Positions 1-12,294 of a stretch of DNA of 64,000 bases are shown here, piece by piece (position 1 is the stretch's first letter; every line of letters starts with the position of its first letter). The stretch is from Mobula hypostoma (taxonomy: Eukaryota). A program made the translations under genes and the position numbers. The stretch is taken from contig NC_086108.1 of assembly GCF_963921235.1 (NCBI RefSeq), forward strand, positions 79,796,001 to 79,860,000, written 5' to 3'. The notes beneath the pieces were generated by a model. That model searched no databases, was not told where the DNA came from, and saw only the letters and a program-made list of their open reading frames with translations.

Positions 1-290
1 TATAAGCACCAGAGGTCCCACATGAACCCTTGTGCAACATTGCTGGTCACAGACATCCAGCTAGAACTCTGTCTTCTATGTGCAAGCCACTTCTGAATCC
101 AAAATCACAATTCACCCTGGATGCCATGTATCTTTATCTTCTGAATCAACCAACCATGAGGACCTTACTAGAGTCCATGTAGATAATGTCTACTGCTTTG
201 CCCAATTCAAGCTCCTTTGTCACCTCAAGAAACTTGATCAAGTTCGTAAGGCATAAACTGTCCTGCACAAAACTATGCTGATTGTCCCCA
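1..290 (-). mobile_element. Degenerate CR1 LINE ORF2 (RT) fragment
   Basis: Reverse complement of 11-50 resembles the VTSGVPQGSVLGP-coding region of the better CR1 copies in this window; highly decayed. Confidence 0.65.
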
Positions 291-488
291 AGCTAATAGA
301 TTGGAACTCTGTTTGCTTATTTACATATAATAACTTTGCAGGAATATTTTTATATCCTTATTTTGTTTAGTATCTTTAATTTCACTCGTCCAATGTGCCA
401 TTATATCCTTACTGTTGAAATTAAGACTTTGTGAGGAAGAAACATTTGACTGGATACTCGGATAAGGACCAAATATGTGCTGTAGATG

Positions 489-1033
489 TGTAACGACCTG
501 CTAATTTAATGGTTTCTCTGTAGCACAGTGTTTGGGTTATGTCTAGAAACAACGGGGCTTTGGAATGTGCACTGGCCAATGAGGAGAGATGTTTTTCTTT
601 CTCGTGTGTCCGAGTGGAGGTTTTGCGGTCTTTTGTTCGGCGGAAGATGGAGAGAGAAGATGCCAGAACAGGGAAGTTGTAGTTTGCAGGATGGAGTGGA
701 CTTGAATGGGGTTGGGAGTTGACGGCGCCTGGGTGGAAATCGATGGAGAATGAACAGACGGGAAAGCAGCAAGCTCCAATGTTGCGCATTAGACTGTTTC
801 ATGAGATCGGGCCCTTTTTCTTTTTTGTTTCTTTACTAACCGTATAGTCAAATTAAGAATTATAAAGCTAAATTGTTTAATTGCATATTGTGTACTGTTT
901 GTTATTTTGTGGCACTGATTTGTAATGGGGGAAAACATCACGCAGCATCCACCCAAACAAGATTTCTCAAGTTCGGCCAGGCCGGAGGCTGTCTTCCCCT
1001 ACATTAAACCTCTAGCCAAGCCTGAGGGTTACA
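489..1033 (+). mobile_element. Solo LTR (Gypsy-type, 545 bp)
   Basis: Starts TGTAAC (489) and ends GTTACA (1033). Flanked by a perfect 4-bp TSD GATG (485-488, 1034-1037). CCAAT near 576. Orientation tentative. Confidence 0.8.
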
Positions 1034-1129
1034 GATGCAAAACAGCCTAAGTCTTTGACTAGGCAGTTAGTGGAATTGGTAGCTCAGGTACAGAGAATTC
1101 AATGAGTCCAAGGGATCTGTTTGCAGGGA

Positions 1130-1210
1130 ACCACAAAATGCTGAAGGCAGCATCTATAGAGGGGAATAAACTGTCAACGTTTTGGACCAAGTCCCTTCAT
1201 AGGGACTGGT
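1130..1210 (-). mobile_element. Penelope-like terminal repeat (pLTR) fragment with decayed hammerhead motif
   Basis: Similar to the reverse complement of 22916-23015 (gtcaacgttttggaccaagtcccttcatagggactg). Confidence 0.65.
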
Positions 1211-1387
1211 GGAGGCAAGTTCCCAGGAAGGTCGCGCAGCTGTGATCAGCAAGCATGTGATCAAAGAGTTGGAGGGTAGCAGAGATCATTGGGGTGGGGC
1301 AGGGGAACAATGAGAGTGAGACTCACTGAACTCCCAACAAAGAGAAGATTTGAACTTCTTCAGGGCAGTGGAGCAGCAAATCATAAT

Positions 1388-1587
1388 AAACACAAGGGAT
1401 TCTGCAGATGCTGGAAATCCAGAGCAACACACACAAAATGCTGGAGGACCTTTGCAGGTTAGGCAGCATCTTCGGAGGGGAATAAACAGTAGACGTTTTG
1501 GCTGAGACCCTGGTGAAACATTGACCATTCATTCTCTTCCATAGGTGATGTCTGACCTGCTGCAGCACTCCAGCACTTAAGTGTGTT
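1388..1587. mobile_element. Old Penelope-like inverted pLTR pair
   Basis: The 1388-1511 minus arm includes the 3' tail (aaacacaagggattctgcagatgctggaaat). The 1514-1587 plus arm lacks the tail. The junction lies within the hammerhead region. Confidence 0.65.
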
Positions 1588-3104
1588 TGGAGTGAAGTGG
1601 GAAAGTGCATCTAAGGATCTGGCCAATAGAGGGGGTACTTCCACCATTCACATTTAAAATGACATCACTATCCCCTTAAGGCTAGTTAGGGATGGGCAAT
1701 AAATCCTGTTCTTGTCACCCATCCTTGTAATGCAAGGATGGATGCAATAAAAATTAAGATTGTAATAGCTCATTCGAAGAAACAAATTAGATCAGTGAAT
1801 TGTACGTTCTTTACAATTAGTGGGAATTATAGAACATGGTGGGAGTTGTATGCTAGAAAATATCAAATAACTTGTTGAAAAACATTTGTTTCCATATAAT
1901 TAACATTCTGCAATGTAATATTCGCAACTTACTATACATAACATATACACTGTAGAATTCAAACCTCTGGCTTGTGTAGTTCAGTGGCCCAGTAATTAAA
2001 GCCTTCAGGCTGTTCATAAAGGCTATGGGGGTGGGGACCGGTGTAGTTTGAAGAATTCCATCTTTATATAATCTAATTTGAATGCTGTTTTATAAATTCA
2101 TGAGTACATTAACATTTTAAATGCATTTTCTAGATAGATGGCTTCAATATTTGAGTCCATTTTTCTCCCCTCCCCCTCTCTGAAAGATAGAAATAAAACA
2201 GATGGCTGAAACAGCCAAAAGATCTGATCTCAGCATGAGACCTACTACAACTGTTTCCTGTGTGTACAGCTTAGGCCTCAAACTCTGTGTGTGGTATTAC
2301 CTGCTTCACAGACATGCCTTTGCTTCCCTTCTCCCTCCTTCACTGCCTCATCTTGTCCCCCCCCTCAGGCCAGCTCATCTAGCTCAATTACAAAGCAGAC
2401 AGTCAAGCGATTACTAGTCTTTAATTCTGGATTCAAACTAGCACCTTCACCCAAATGACAATGTCATCTTCCCATATTGCCAGCAGCACCATGTGTTCCA
2501 CATTAACTCCATTTACCCTTCTCCCCTTGACCCTCACTGATATTGCAATTAGCACCCTGTCTGTCACTTCCTCATACGGAATGCAGCAATGGTATGCAAT
2601 GATGTAAGACTAAAGAGAAACCCAGAGGCCAAATAGTCAACAAAAAAAAGCGAAGCATTGCCAATATTTAGAACATTTTTGTCAGAAAGATCAAATCTGT
2701 CTCCAATTCCTTTTCTCCCCCAGAGAGTAAGGGAAAGGAATAAGGCTATGTTAATATTGAGACGGTTTTTGGCCTTTGTACTTGAACCTGTTGTAATGTG
2801 TATTCTTTATTCTTGAATATAATCCCATATTTTCCCTTAAGCAGTCTCACATTTTGTGAAATATAGCATTATTGAAAAGATGGATGCTACTGTCTGCTGC
2901 CAAAGATGAATTTCAGCTTTGTCAGAGCTGCTTCCCTGACCAAACATTCCAGAAAAAAATCTAGAAACAACTGTGCATATTCATGAAGTACTTTCCACTT
3001 GTGATTCAGCTTAATCAAGCTCATTTTAAATCGAAGCCAGTCTGTTTCCATATGTTGAACTCACTATTTAATGCTATAATAACATCTTACTAGAGAAACA
3101 ACTA

Positions 3105-3340
3105 GACCATGGTGAATCTGTGGCATTCTCTGCCCAATGAAGCAGTGGGGGCTACTGCGGTAAATATATTTAAGACAAGGTTGGATAGATTTTTGCATAG
3201 TAGGGGAATTAAGGGTTATGGGGGAAAAGGCAGGTAGATGGAGATGAGTCCATGGCCAGGTCAGCCATGATCTTATTGAATGGCGGAGCAAGCTCGACGG
3301 GCCAGATGGTCTACTCCTGCTCCTGTTTCTGATGTTGTCA
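3105..3340 (+). mobile_element. CR1 LINE 3' end
   Basis: gtggtgaatctgtgg-like segment through tcagccatgatc...ctactcctgctcct matches the 3' ends of the CR1 copies at 41750-41970 and 52660-52870. Confidence 0.85.
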
Positions 3341-3632
3341 TGAAGAGTAAATGGGAAGTTCACGATTGAGAAATTAGATGATGTTTTTAGCATCTTATTC
3401 TTCTTCAATTGAATTTCGGGACACCTTGGATGACAAAGCAAATTAAAGGTTTTATTGGTCTTTATGATCACAACATCCTTCTGCAATTTCTCTCTGTAGT
3501 ATTAGCTCCATGGGACTGTCTTTGTATTTGCTTTCAGCTCTAAAGGGAGAACCTTGTTATCTATACCAATGGACTTCCTTCTCAATGTGCATGTTTTGTG
3601 GCAGTGTGATGGATGAAGAATTGGAGTGAAGA

Positions 3633-3945
3633 AGGGATTAGCTTTATTTGTCACATATACATCAAAACATAAATAAAGTGTCTTGTTGGTGTCAAATCAA
3701 ATCAGTGAGCATTATGTCGGGCAGCCCTCATGCCAACAAGCTTCCAGCGTCAACATAGCATGCCCACAACTCACTAACCAGTACGGTTCATCTTTGGGTT
3801 GTGGGAGATAACCGGAGAACCTACAGGAAACCCATGCTGTCACAGGGAGAATGTACAAACTCCTTACAGTCGATAGTGGGAATTGAACCTGATCTTACAG
3901 CTGGCTTTACATTAAGCTAACAGCTATGCTACCATGCCACCCAAA
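3633..3945 (-). mobile_element. V-domain (HE1-like) tRNA-derived SINE
   Basis: Reverse complement of the V-SINE central domain (gggagataaccggagaacctacaggaaacccatg...gggagaatgtacaaactcc); B-box complement gggaattgaacc. Confidence 0.75.
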
Positions 3946-4414
3946 CCACACTGGTATTGTAAAACATGAACTATTAATCTAATAACAAGAGTCTAAGTCC
4001 TCCTATGTCAGTTATGAATTTAATGCCATGCAATAAATTTAAATGTAGAAATTAGATCTTGTTTTTAGATTGTAAGACATAGTGGCAGAAGTAGGTCATT
4101 TGCCCCATTTAACCATGCCATCGTAGCTGATTTATTTCCCTCTTAACCCCATTCTCCTGCCCTCTCCCCATAAATGTTGACACCCCTACTAATTAAGTAC
4201 GTATCAACCTTTGTTTCAAACATACCCAATGACTTGGCTCCAGCAGCCATCTGTGCACATGAATTCCACTGATTCACCACCCTCTGGCTAGAGAAATTCC
4301 TCCTATTTTCTGTTCTAAAGAGGTGTCCTTCTGAGGCTTTACCCTCTGTCTCTAGACTCTCCCACTGTTGAAAATATCATCTTCATGTCCACTGTATCCA
4401 GGCTTTCAATGTTC

Positions 4415-4932
4415 TGAATCAGATTCAAAATCAGGTTTATTACCATCAGCATGTGACATGAAGTTTGTTAACTTAGCAGCAGCAGCAGAACAATGCAATA
4501 CGTAATATAGAAGAAATCAATAAATAAATCAATTACAGTATATGTATATTGAATAGATCAAAAATTGTACAAAAAACCCAGAAATACTGTCTATTAAAAA
4601 AGAGAGATAGTGTCCAAGGGTTCAATATCCATTTAGGAATCGGATGGCAGAGGGGAAGAAGCTGTTCCTGAATCACTGAGTGTGTGCCTTCGGGCTTCTG
4701 TATCTCCTACCTGATGGAAACAGTGAGAAAAGGGCATGCCCTGAGTGCTGGAGGTCCTTAATAATGGGTGCTGCCTTTCTGAGACACTGCTCCTTGAAGG
4801 TGGCCTGGGTACTTTGTAGGCTAGTACCCAAGATGGTGCTGACTAAATTTACACTCCTCTGCAGCTTCTTTCGGTCCTGTGCAGTAGATCCACCTCCCCC
4901 CCCCCATACCAGACAGTGATGCAGACTGTCAA
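4415..4932 (-). mobile_element. Rex1/Babar-like LINE 3' end inserted in CR1
   Basis: ORF 4673-4951 (KAAPIIKDLQHSGHALFSLFPSGRRYRS); same family as 13143-13650; possible TSD aatgttc (4408-4414, 4933-4939). Confidence 0.75.
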
Positions 4933-5629
4933 AATGTTCAAAATATTTCAATGAGATACCCCTTTCATTTTTATAAAATCCAGTGAGTACAGCCCAGAGC
5001 CATCAAACACTCCTTATACGTTAACCCTTTTATTCCTGAGATTCCTGAGTTTTTTTTTGCTTGTCGACCTTCTCCTGACGTACTTCAATGCCAGGACATC
5101 CTAATATGTCCAGTTCCTTCTGCAGACTCCCTGCTTCCTCAACACTACCTGCCGTTCCACCTATCTTTGTATCATCCGCAAACTTGACCACAAAGCCGTC
5201 AATTCTGTCATCAAGATCATTTACATATAATGTGAAAAATAGTGGACCCAACACCAAGCCCTGCAGAACACCCCTAGTCACTGGCAATCAACCAGAAAAA
5301 GTCCCCCTTATTTCCACTCTCTGCCTTTTTTGCAATCTTCTGTCCATGCTAGTATCTTTCTTGTAATATCATGGAACAGACTCTCCTTTGTCTATACTGC
5401 CTCTCAAAGGAATCCAATAGATTTGGCAGGGTAAGGTTTCCTCTTAAGAACCCCATGGTGACTTTGGCCTATTTTATCATGTACCTTTATAAGTACTCTG
5501 AAACCTCATCCTTAATAATCAGGTTAATAATAGGACTTGGGCTATATTATTATTATTTTTGTAAATGTATGTTTTTCTGCTATCATTATTACATGTGCTA
5601 TTTGTGCTGTGTGTTACTGTTGATATGTA

Positions 5630-7225
5630 CAAACCCCATTTCCAGAAAAGTTGGAATATTTTCCAAAATGCAATAAAAACAAAAATCTGTGATGTGTTAA
5701 TTCACGTGAACCTTTATTTAACTGACAAATGTACAAAGAAAAGATTTTCAATAGTTTTACTGACCAACTTAATTGTATTTTGTAAATATACACAAATTTA
5801 GAATTTGATGGCTGCAACACACTCAACAGAAGTTGGGACAGAGGCATGTTTACCATTGTGTTTCATCACCTTTCCTTTTAATAACACTTTTTAATCGTTT
5901 TGGAACTGAGGATACTAATTGTGGTAGATTTGCAATTGGAAATTTTGTCCATTCTTGCTTGATATAAGACTTCAGCTGCTCAACAGTCCGTGGTCTCCGT
6001 TGTCTGATTCTCCTCTTCATAATGCGCCATACATTTTCAATAGGAGATAGATCTGGACTGGCAGCAGGCCAGTCAAGCTCACACACTCTGTGTCTACAAA
6101 GCCACGCTGTTGTAGCCCGTGCAGAATGTGGGCTGACATTCTCCTGCTGAAATAAGAACGGACGTCCCGGGAAGAGACGTCACCTTGATGGCAACATATG
6201 TCTCTCTAAAATCCTAATATACGTTTCAGAGTCAATGGTACCTTCACATACATGCAACTCATCCATGCTGTGGGGACTGATGCACCCCCATACCATCACA
6301 GATGCTGGCTTTTGCACCTTTCACTGATAACAATCTGGATAGTCGTTTTCATCTTTGGCACGGAGAACTCGATGCCCGTTTTTTCCGAAAACTAGCTGAA
6401 ATGTGGACTCGTCTGACCACAGCACACAGTTCCACAGTCTTTCGGTCCATCTGAGATGAGCTCGGGCCCAGAGAACTCGCCGGCGTTTCTGCATAGAGTT
6501 GATGTATGGCTTCCTCCTTGCGTAATACAGTTTCAAGTTGCATTTCTGGATGCAGCGACGGACTGTGTTGAGTGACAATGGTTTTCCGAAGTACTCCCAA
6601 GCCCAGATGGCTATAATTGTCACAGTAGCATGACGGTTTCTTAGGCAGTGCCGCCTGAGGGCTCGAAGATCACACGTGGTTTCTGACCTTGCCCTTTACG
6701 CACTGAGATGTCTCTGAATTCTCTGAATCTTTTCACAATATTATGTACTGTAGATGTTGAAAGACCTAAATTCTCTGCAATCTTGCGTTGAGAAATGTTC
6801 CTTTTGAACTGACTAACAATTCTCTCACGAATTTTGGCACAAAGTGGTGAGCCATGACCCATCCTTGCTTGCAAAGACTGAGCCTTTGATGGACGCTACT
6901 TTTATACCCAGTCAAGATACCTCACCTGCTACCTGCTAATGCCTGCTTCATGTGGAGTCTTCCAAACTGGTGTTACTTGAATATTCTGTGCACTTTTCAA
7001 TCTTATTTTAACTCTGTCCCAACTTTTGTTGGGTGTGTTGCAGCCATCAAATTCTAGATTTATGTATATTTACAAAATACAATTAAGTTGGTCAGTAGAA
7101 CTATTGAAAATCTTTTCTTTGTACTTTTGTCAGTTAAATAAAGGTTCACGTGAATTAACATATTACAGATTTTTGTTTTTATTGCATTTTGGAAAATATC
7201 CCAACTTTTCTGGAAATGGGGTTTG
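5630..7225 (-). mobile_element. Full-length Tc1-family DNA transposon (~210-bp TIRs, TA TSD)
   Basis: TA|caaaccccatttccagaaaagttgg ... ccaacttttctggaaatggggtttg|TA; TIRs ~5630-5842 and ~7012-7225. Confidence 0.95.
5850..6862 (-). pseudogene. Frameshifted Tc1 DD34E transposase
   Basis: Segments MGHGSPLCAKIRERIV (HTH), VLWSDESTFQL, FQQENVSPH and WPAASPDLSPIENVW lie in different frames. Confidence 0.93.
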
Positions 7226-7289
7226 TATCTTGGACCCTGAGGTAGCTGTTTTGTTTGGCTCTATTTACATGTATGGTTACATGACAAGT

Positions 7290-7605
7290 GTGTTGGTGCG
7301 TGGCCAAGTGGTTAAGGCGTCGGTCTAGTGATCTGAAGGTCACTAGTTCGAGCCTCAGCTGAGGAAGCATGTTGTGTCCTTGAGCAAGGCACTTAACCAC
7401 ACATTGCTCTGCGACGACACCAGTGCCAAGCTGTATTGGCCCTAGTGCCCTTCCATTGGACAACATCGGTGGGTGGCGTGGAGAGGGGAGACTTGCAGCA
7501 TGGGCAACTGCCAGTCTTCCATACAACCTTGCCCAGACCTGAGCTCTGGAAACCTTTCAAGGCACAAATCCATGGTCTCATGAGACTAACGGATGCCTAT
7601 AATAA
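7290..7605 (+). mobile_element. tRNA-derived SINE with CORE-like domain and RTE-like tail
   Basis: A box tggccaagtgg, B box gttcgagcc, gtgtccttgagcaaggcacttaacc domain; 9-bp TSD atgacaagt (7281-7289, 7606-7614). Confidence 0.85.
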
Positions 7606-7788
7606 ATGACAAGTAAACTTGAACTTGAGCTCTTAATAATTAACATTCTACCAACTACTGAAGTCAGGCTAACTGGCCTATAATTTACAGTCCTTTGCCT
7701 CCTTCCCTTCTTAAAGAATGGAGTGACATGTACGATTTTCCAGTCCTCTGGAATCATTCCTGAGTCTGGTGACTCTTGAAAGATCACT

Positions 7789-9630
7789 ACAGTCATAGGG
7801 TAGTAGTGGAGAGTTATTTGTCAGATCGGAGGGCCATATCCAGTGGTGTTCTTCAGGGTGCTGGGTCCCTGGTGTGTGTCTTTTATATTAAGGATTTGCA
7901 TGAGCATATGGGTGGTCTGAATATTAGGATTGCAGGTGACAACAAAATTGGTAGTAGTGAAGAAGATGATCTAAGGTTACAAAAGGATCTACTGTAGATC
8001 AGTTTGAAAAGTGGACAAAGGAATTGCAGATAGCGTTTAATACCTGAAGATCCAGGGGTGCAAATACAAATACGTAGTTCCCTGAAAGTGGTAATACAGG
8101 CTGACGAGGTGGTTTAAGTTGGCACTGGTGAAGCATGGTGACTTCTTGTCCGTAGCTAATAAAACAAACAAAATTACTAACTACTTTATTAATTGCACTT
8201 TTTTTCTGTAAATGATCACTGCAGTCAATAGCCTGTAACTTCCCTTTCAGAGTTAAGCTTTTGAACCACTTATATGACCTGGCATTTTTGTGATGTGAAC
8301 TGAAGTGCTGAATGTGCAGGATGATTGCAGCATGGTGTGTATGTGCTGAATCGAAGCAGTAAGGCTGGGCCCGAGGGCAGGGATTGAGCCAAAGATTGGC
8401 CATTGCTGGTGCAGACTTGGAGCTGATTCAATGTGGCAGAACCAAAGTGAGGTAAGCAGAGTTGAGGTGGCAGAACCTCGCCCTGGGCCCAGGCCCGAGA
8501 GCAAGGTAAGACCCAAGGTTTGATCAATTTAAGTGCTGTGCTGTATTGGAAAGTTTGGGTATAGGCAAATTGAAGCAGCAGGGCCCAGGCCCGAGAGCAT
8601 ACAGAAGCGGCAGGACCCGAGCCTAAGAGCATGGAATGACCTGAAGTTTGGATGATTTAAGTGCCGGACCAGATTGTAAAGGTCAGGGTGTTGGGACCTG
8701 AGGCAAGGGATGGGCTCATTGTTCCGCGAGGTTTACTTGTCTCTGCACGGAACTGAGGCTGTGGCCTGTAACTAACAGGCTACTGGATCGGCTGCAGTTA
8801 TGACTGGCTTTGTGGCTGTGAACTCACTTTCTTCAACTTCAGTTGATTGCTTGCTTTTGTTGTTAACATGATTTGATTTTTTTTGCACTTTGGTTGTTTG
8901 ACGGTCTTTTTTTTTAAAGGTTCTATTGAGTTTCTTCGTTTTGTGGCTGCCTGTAAGGAGACAAATCTCAAGTTTGTATATAGTATACATGTCTTCATAG
9001 TAAATATACTTTATACTTTGAACTTTTGGAAGTATATAGCACATGCCTTCATCAGATGGGGCACTGAATACCTGAGTTGGGATATTATGTTCCAGCTCTA
9101 CAATATACCTGGAATACTGTGTGCTCTTCTTGTCACCATATCAAAGGAAGGATACAATTAAGCCAGCGAGGGTGCAGAAGAGATTCACAACAATTTTGCC
9201 AGGACTGGAGGACTTGAGTCATGAGGATAGGCTGAGACAGTGTTCTCTGGAGCAGAGGATGCCAAGAGGTGACCCTGGAGAGATTTATAAAATCATGGGG
9301 AGGTATCTTTTGCTGAGAGCAGGCGAATCTAAAACTGGGAGGCAAAGGTTTAAGGGGAAAGTGGAAAGATCAATGTGGACTTGGGGTGCGAGAAACTTTT
9401 TCGCACAGGGTCTAGTGACTATGAGTAACGAGCTGCGAATGGAAGTGGTAGAAATGGATACAATTACAACATTTAAAAGCCATTTAGACAGATTCATGCA
9501 TAGAAAAGGTTTAGAGGGATATGAGCCAAATGCAAGTAATTGGGACTAGCTCAGGAAGGCACTTTGGTCGGCATAGACGCACTGGGGGCAAAGGACTTGT
9601 TTCCATGCTGTATACTGCTATGACTCTGTT
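7789..9630 (+). mobile_element. Degenerate CR1 LINE 3' part (7789-8118 and 9035-9630)
   Basis: ORFs 7776-7997 (SSGVLQG) and 9121-9549 (RVQKRFTTILPGL...TFKSHLDRFM). Confidence 0.8.
8120..9030 (+). mobile_element. Non-coding LINE-tailed repeat with internal GC-rich repeats; second copy at 55986-56421
   Basis: 8620-9025 aligns by eye with 56000-56420; ends tactttgaactt; repeated gggcccaggcccgagagca units. Confidence 0.65.
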
Positions 9631-10411
9631 GCAGAAAGAAAATATTTGAGCAATAAAGACCTTTTTATCTTTCTCTTAAGTTTCTGCACATTATTCTCCC
9701 TAGCTTTGCCTTGTAAGTTGTGACTCATATTCTTCCTTCATCTTCGTGTCGCTGCATCGCAATCTTTACAGACACGTACTGTAACTTGCACTATGTCTGG
9801 ACATCAGAGTTGCGGAACTCCTCACGTCTCTGCTTTGTTTTCCTCCCACCCTTCCCACCCCTTAATCTGCAAGGTTTTAAAACTTGATAAAAACCCAAAC
9901 CACTTGGTATATTTTGTCTTCCTTCCTCGTCTTTTTCAATATTGGTGGTCCTGCATGATGGGCTTTAGTCCTCCAAACATATTCTCAAAGTAAATATAAA
10001 ATTAAAACCACAAGTCTCAACCAGTTATTAGTCTTTTCAAATGAATAAAAAATGAAGTTGTTTCAATGAAAGAGTACTCTGATTCCAATGTCCATGAAAC
10101 ATAAGGAGAATCACACAAAGATATGGCATAAAAGAGAGCATTCAATCCTTTGTGCCTATGTGGCTCTTTGAAAGAGATATTCTTTTAGTTCCTCTTTCCT
10201 GTTGCTATTACCAGAACACTGCAAAATTGTCCCCTTCCAGTGTTTAACTGATTTCCTTTTGAAAATTACTCCTTTTTATCTTTTATTCTTTTTTCAGAAA
10301 TGCATTACAGATCAGAGCAACTTGAGGCATAACTTTCTCTCCTTACCTTCTTTCATCCTTTACCTTAAATATGTATCCTCTGCCCCCAACTCTTCTACTG
10401 CTGGAAACAGT

Positions 10412-10700
10412 TCAGATTCAGAATCAGGTTTATTATCACTGACGTATATCATGAAATGTGTTGTTTAGCAGCAGCAGTACAGTGGAAGACATAAAAAATA
10501 CTGTAAGTAACAATAAATAATGCAAAAAGAAGTATGCTAGGTAGTGTTCAGGACTGTTCAGACTGCTGATGGCAGAGAGCAGGAAGCTGTTCATAAAACA
10601 TTGAGTGTGAGTCTTCAGGCTCCTGTACCTCCTCCGTGATGGTCGTAATGAGAAAAGGACATGTGAGGGTCCTTAATGATCGATGCCACCTTCTTGTAAT
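10412..10700 (-). mobile_element. Rex1-like LINE 3' end
   Basis: tcagaatcaggtttattatcac tail complement and ggaagctgttc...cctgtacctcctcc, as in 4415-4932. Confidence 0.75.
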
Positions 10701-11617
10701 ATTTCAATGCACAGATGTAATGAAATTATCTGTTTGAAAGGAATGCAATACAAAGTTTTCACTATGTTTTGGTATATATGACAATATTAAACTGATTTAC
10801 CAATTTACTCCTAATTATTATCCCTTTGTACCAAATTTGCATAAATTATCATTAATCCATTATGTCCACACTATCACTTCACCTCTACTTCTTGCTGTCA
10901 TTTGGTTTCCCAAGAGTGATTTTAACTTTTTTTTAACAGGAAATGCTAGTATCTGACACACAATCGGAGTGGACAACTTAATCACCTCAACACTGAACTG
11001 ACTCCACAACCTATTGCAACCCTCTCACGGGGGCTTGTATACGAACTTGGCTCGTTAGCTAACTCTGCTGGCAGCCAGGTGACTCAGCAGTGAGAAGGCC
11101 ATCTCTCATAAACAATATACGCCTACACTTGGTATGACTTGGGGTTCAACCAAACAGGAAAGTTGGGATGTTCCGATAAAGGAGCATTGATTGTCGTGAA
11201 TGCTGTGTAAATACTGCTTACAGACACAATTATTGGGCACCAAGAAATGACAGATCATACACCAGCATAAAATTATGAAGAAAATATACTTACCAATTTT
11301 CAACTTTATCAAACATTTAACAGGAAAAGAGAAGAAAGATAAAAGAGCCCATTACATTAAACCAGTCCAATGTGCACGTAAACTTTGGAGCTCATTTCTG
11401 GAGTAGTTGGGTGTATCACTTTACTTACACGCTGAACCCACATTCTGTGTGAAAGATACCAACCACAGTTCGGACTTCCCTCAAAGACCATCTCAAATGA
11501 ACAGGTTAACTCAGAAATATCGGCACTTCCTCCTTGAAGCCATTCATCTAAACAAAGCAACACACATAAAAAATGCTGGTGAATGCAGCAGGCCAGGCAG
11601 CATCTCTAGGAAGAGGT

Positions 11618-11660
11618 ACAGTCGACGTTTCGGGCTGAGACCCTTCGTCAGGACTAACTG
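11618..11660 (-). ncRNA. Minimal type I hammerhead ribozyme (intact core)
   Basis: Reverse complement cagttAGTC-CTGACGA-A-GGGTctcaGCCC-GAAAC-GTC-GACTgt: stem I AGUC/GACU, core CUGANGA and GAAA, stem II hairpin, GUC cleavage triplet. Confidence 0.8.
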
Positions 11661-12251
11661 AAAGAAGAGATGTCAGGGGGGGATGGAGCTAAGAGCTGGA
11701 AAGTTGATTGGCAAAAGGGATACGAGGCTGGAGAAGGGAGAGGATCATGGGACAGGAGGCCTAGGGAGAAAGTAAGGGGGAGGGGAGCCCAGAGGATGGG
11801 CAAGGAGTATAGTGAGAGGGACAGAGGGAGAAAGAAGAGAGAAAAAAATTATAAGGGATGGGGTACGAAGGGGAGGTGGGGCATTAACGGAAGTTAGAGA
11901 AGTCAATGTTCATGCATTCTCCTGATGGCATGAACATTGACTTCTCTAACTTCCGTTAATGCCCCACCTCCTCTTTGTACCCCATTCCTTATTTATTTAT
12001 TATTTTTTTCTCTCTTTTTTCTCCCTCTGTCTCTCTCACTATACTCCTTTCCCATCCTCTGGCTCCCCTCCCCCTTTCTTTCTCCCTAGGCCTCCCATCC
12101 CATGATCCTCTCCCTTCTCCAGCCTCGTATCCCTTTTGCCAATCAACTTTCCAGCTCTTAGCTCCATCCCACCCCGACCCCCCGTCTTCTCCTATCATTT
12201 CGGATCTGCCCCTCCCCCTCCAACTTTCAAATCTCTTACTATCTCTTCTTT

Positions 12252-12294
12252 CAGTTAGTCCTGACAAAGAGTCTCGGCCCGAAATCTCGACTGT
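12252..12294 (+). ncRNA. Mutated hammerhead motif (probably inactive)
   Basis: ctgacaaagagtctcggcccgaaatctcgactgt: G8 changed to A and stem III disrupted relative to the 11618 copy. Confidence 0.6.

Larger units (their letters stand above)
5520..7631 (+). mobile_element. LINE-derived 3' UTR fragment (aacttg tail), itself interrupted by a Tc1 and a SINE
   Basis: Flanked by 9-bp TSD cttaataat (5511-5519, 7632-7640); ends taaacttgaacttga. Confidence 0.7.
4075..7788 (-). mobile_element. CR1 LINE (3' end at 4075), split by nested insertions; pieces ~4075-4414, 4940-5519, 7641-7788
   Basis: ORF 5030-5287 (GVLQGLVLGP...FADD) and ORF 7578-7796 (PEDWKIVHVTPFFKKG..NYRPVSLTS) are CR1 RT segments; CR1 3' UTR at 4075-4140. 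Confidence 0.85.

Noticed and set aside
7294..7370. tRNA gene
   Set aside because: The A/B boxes are a SINE head followed by a SINE body and TSD; the same applies to 24015, 31170-31240, 37127 and 45964.
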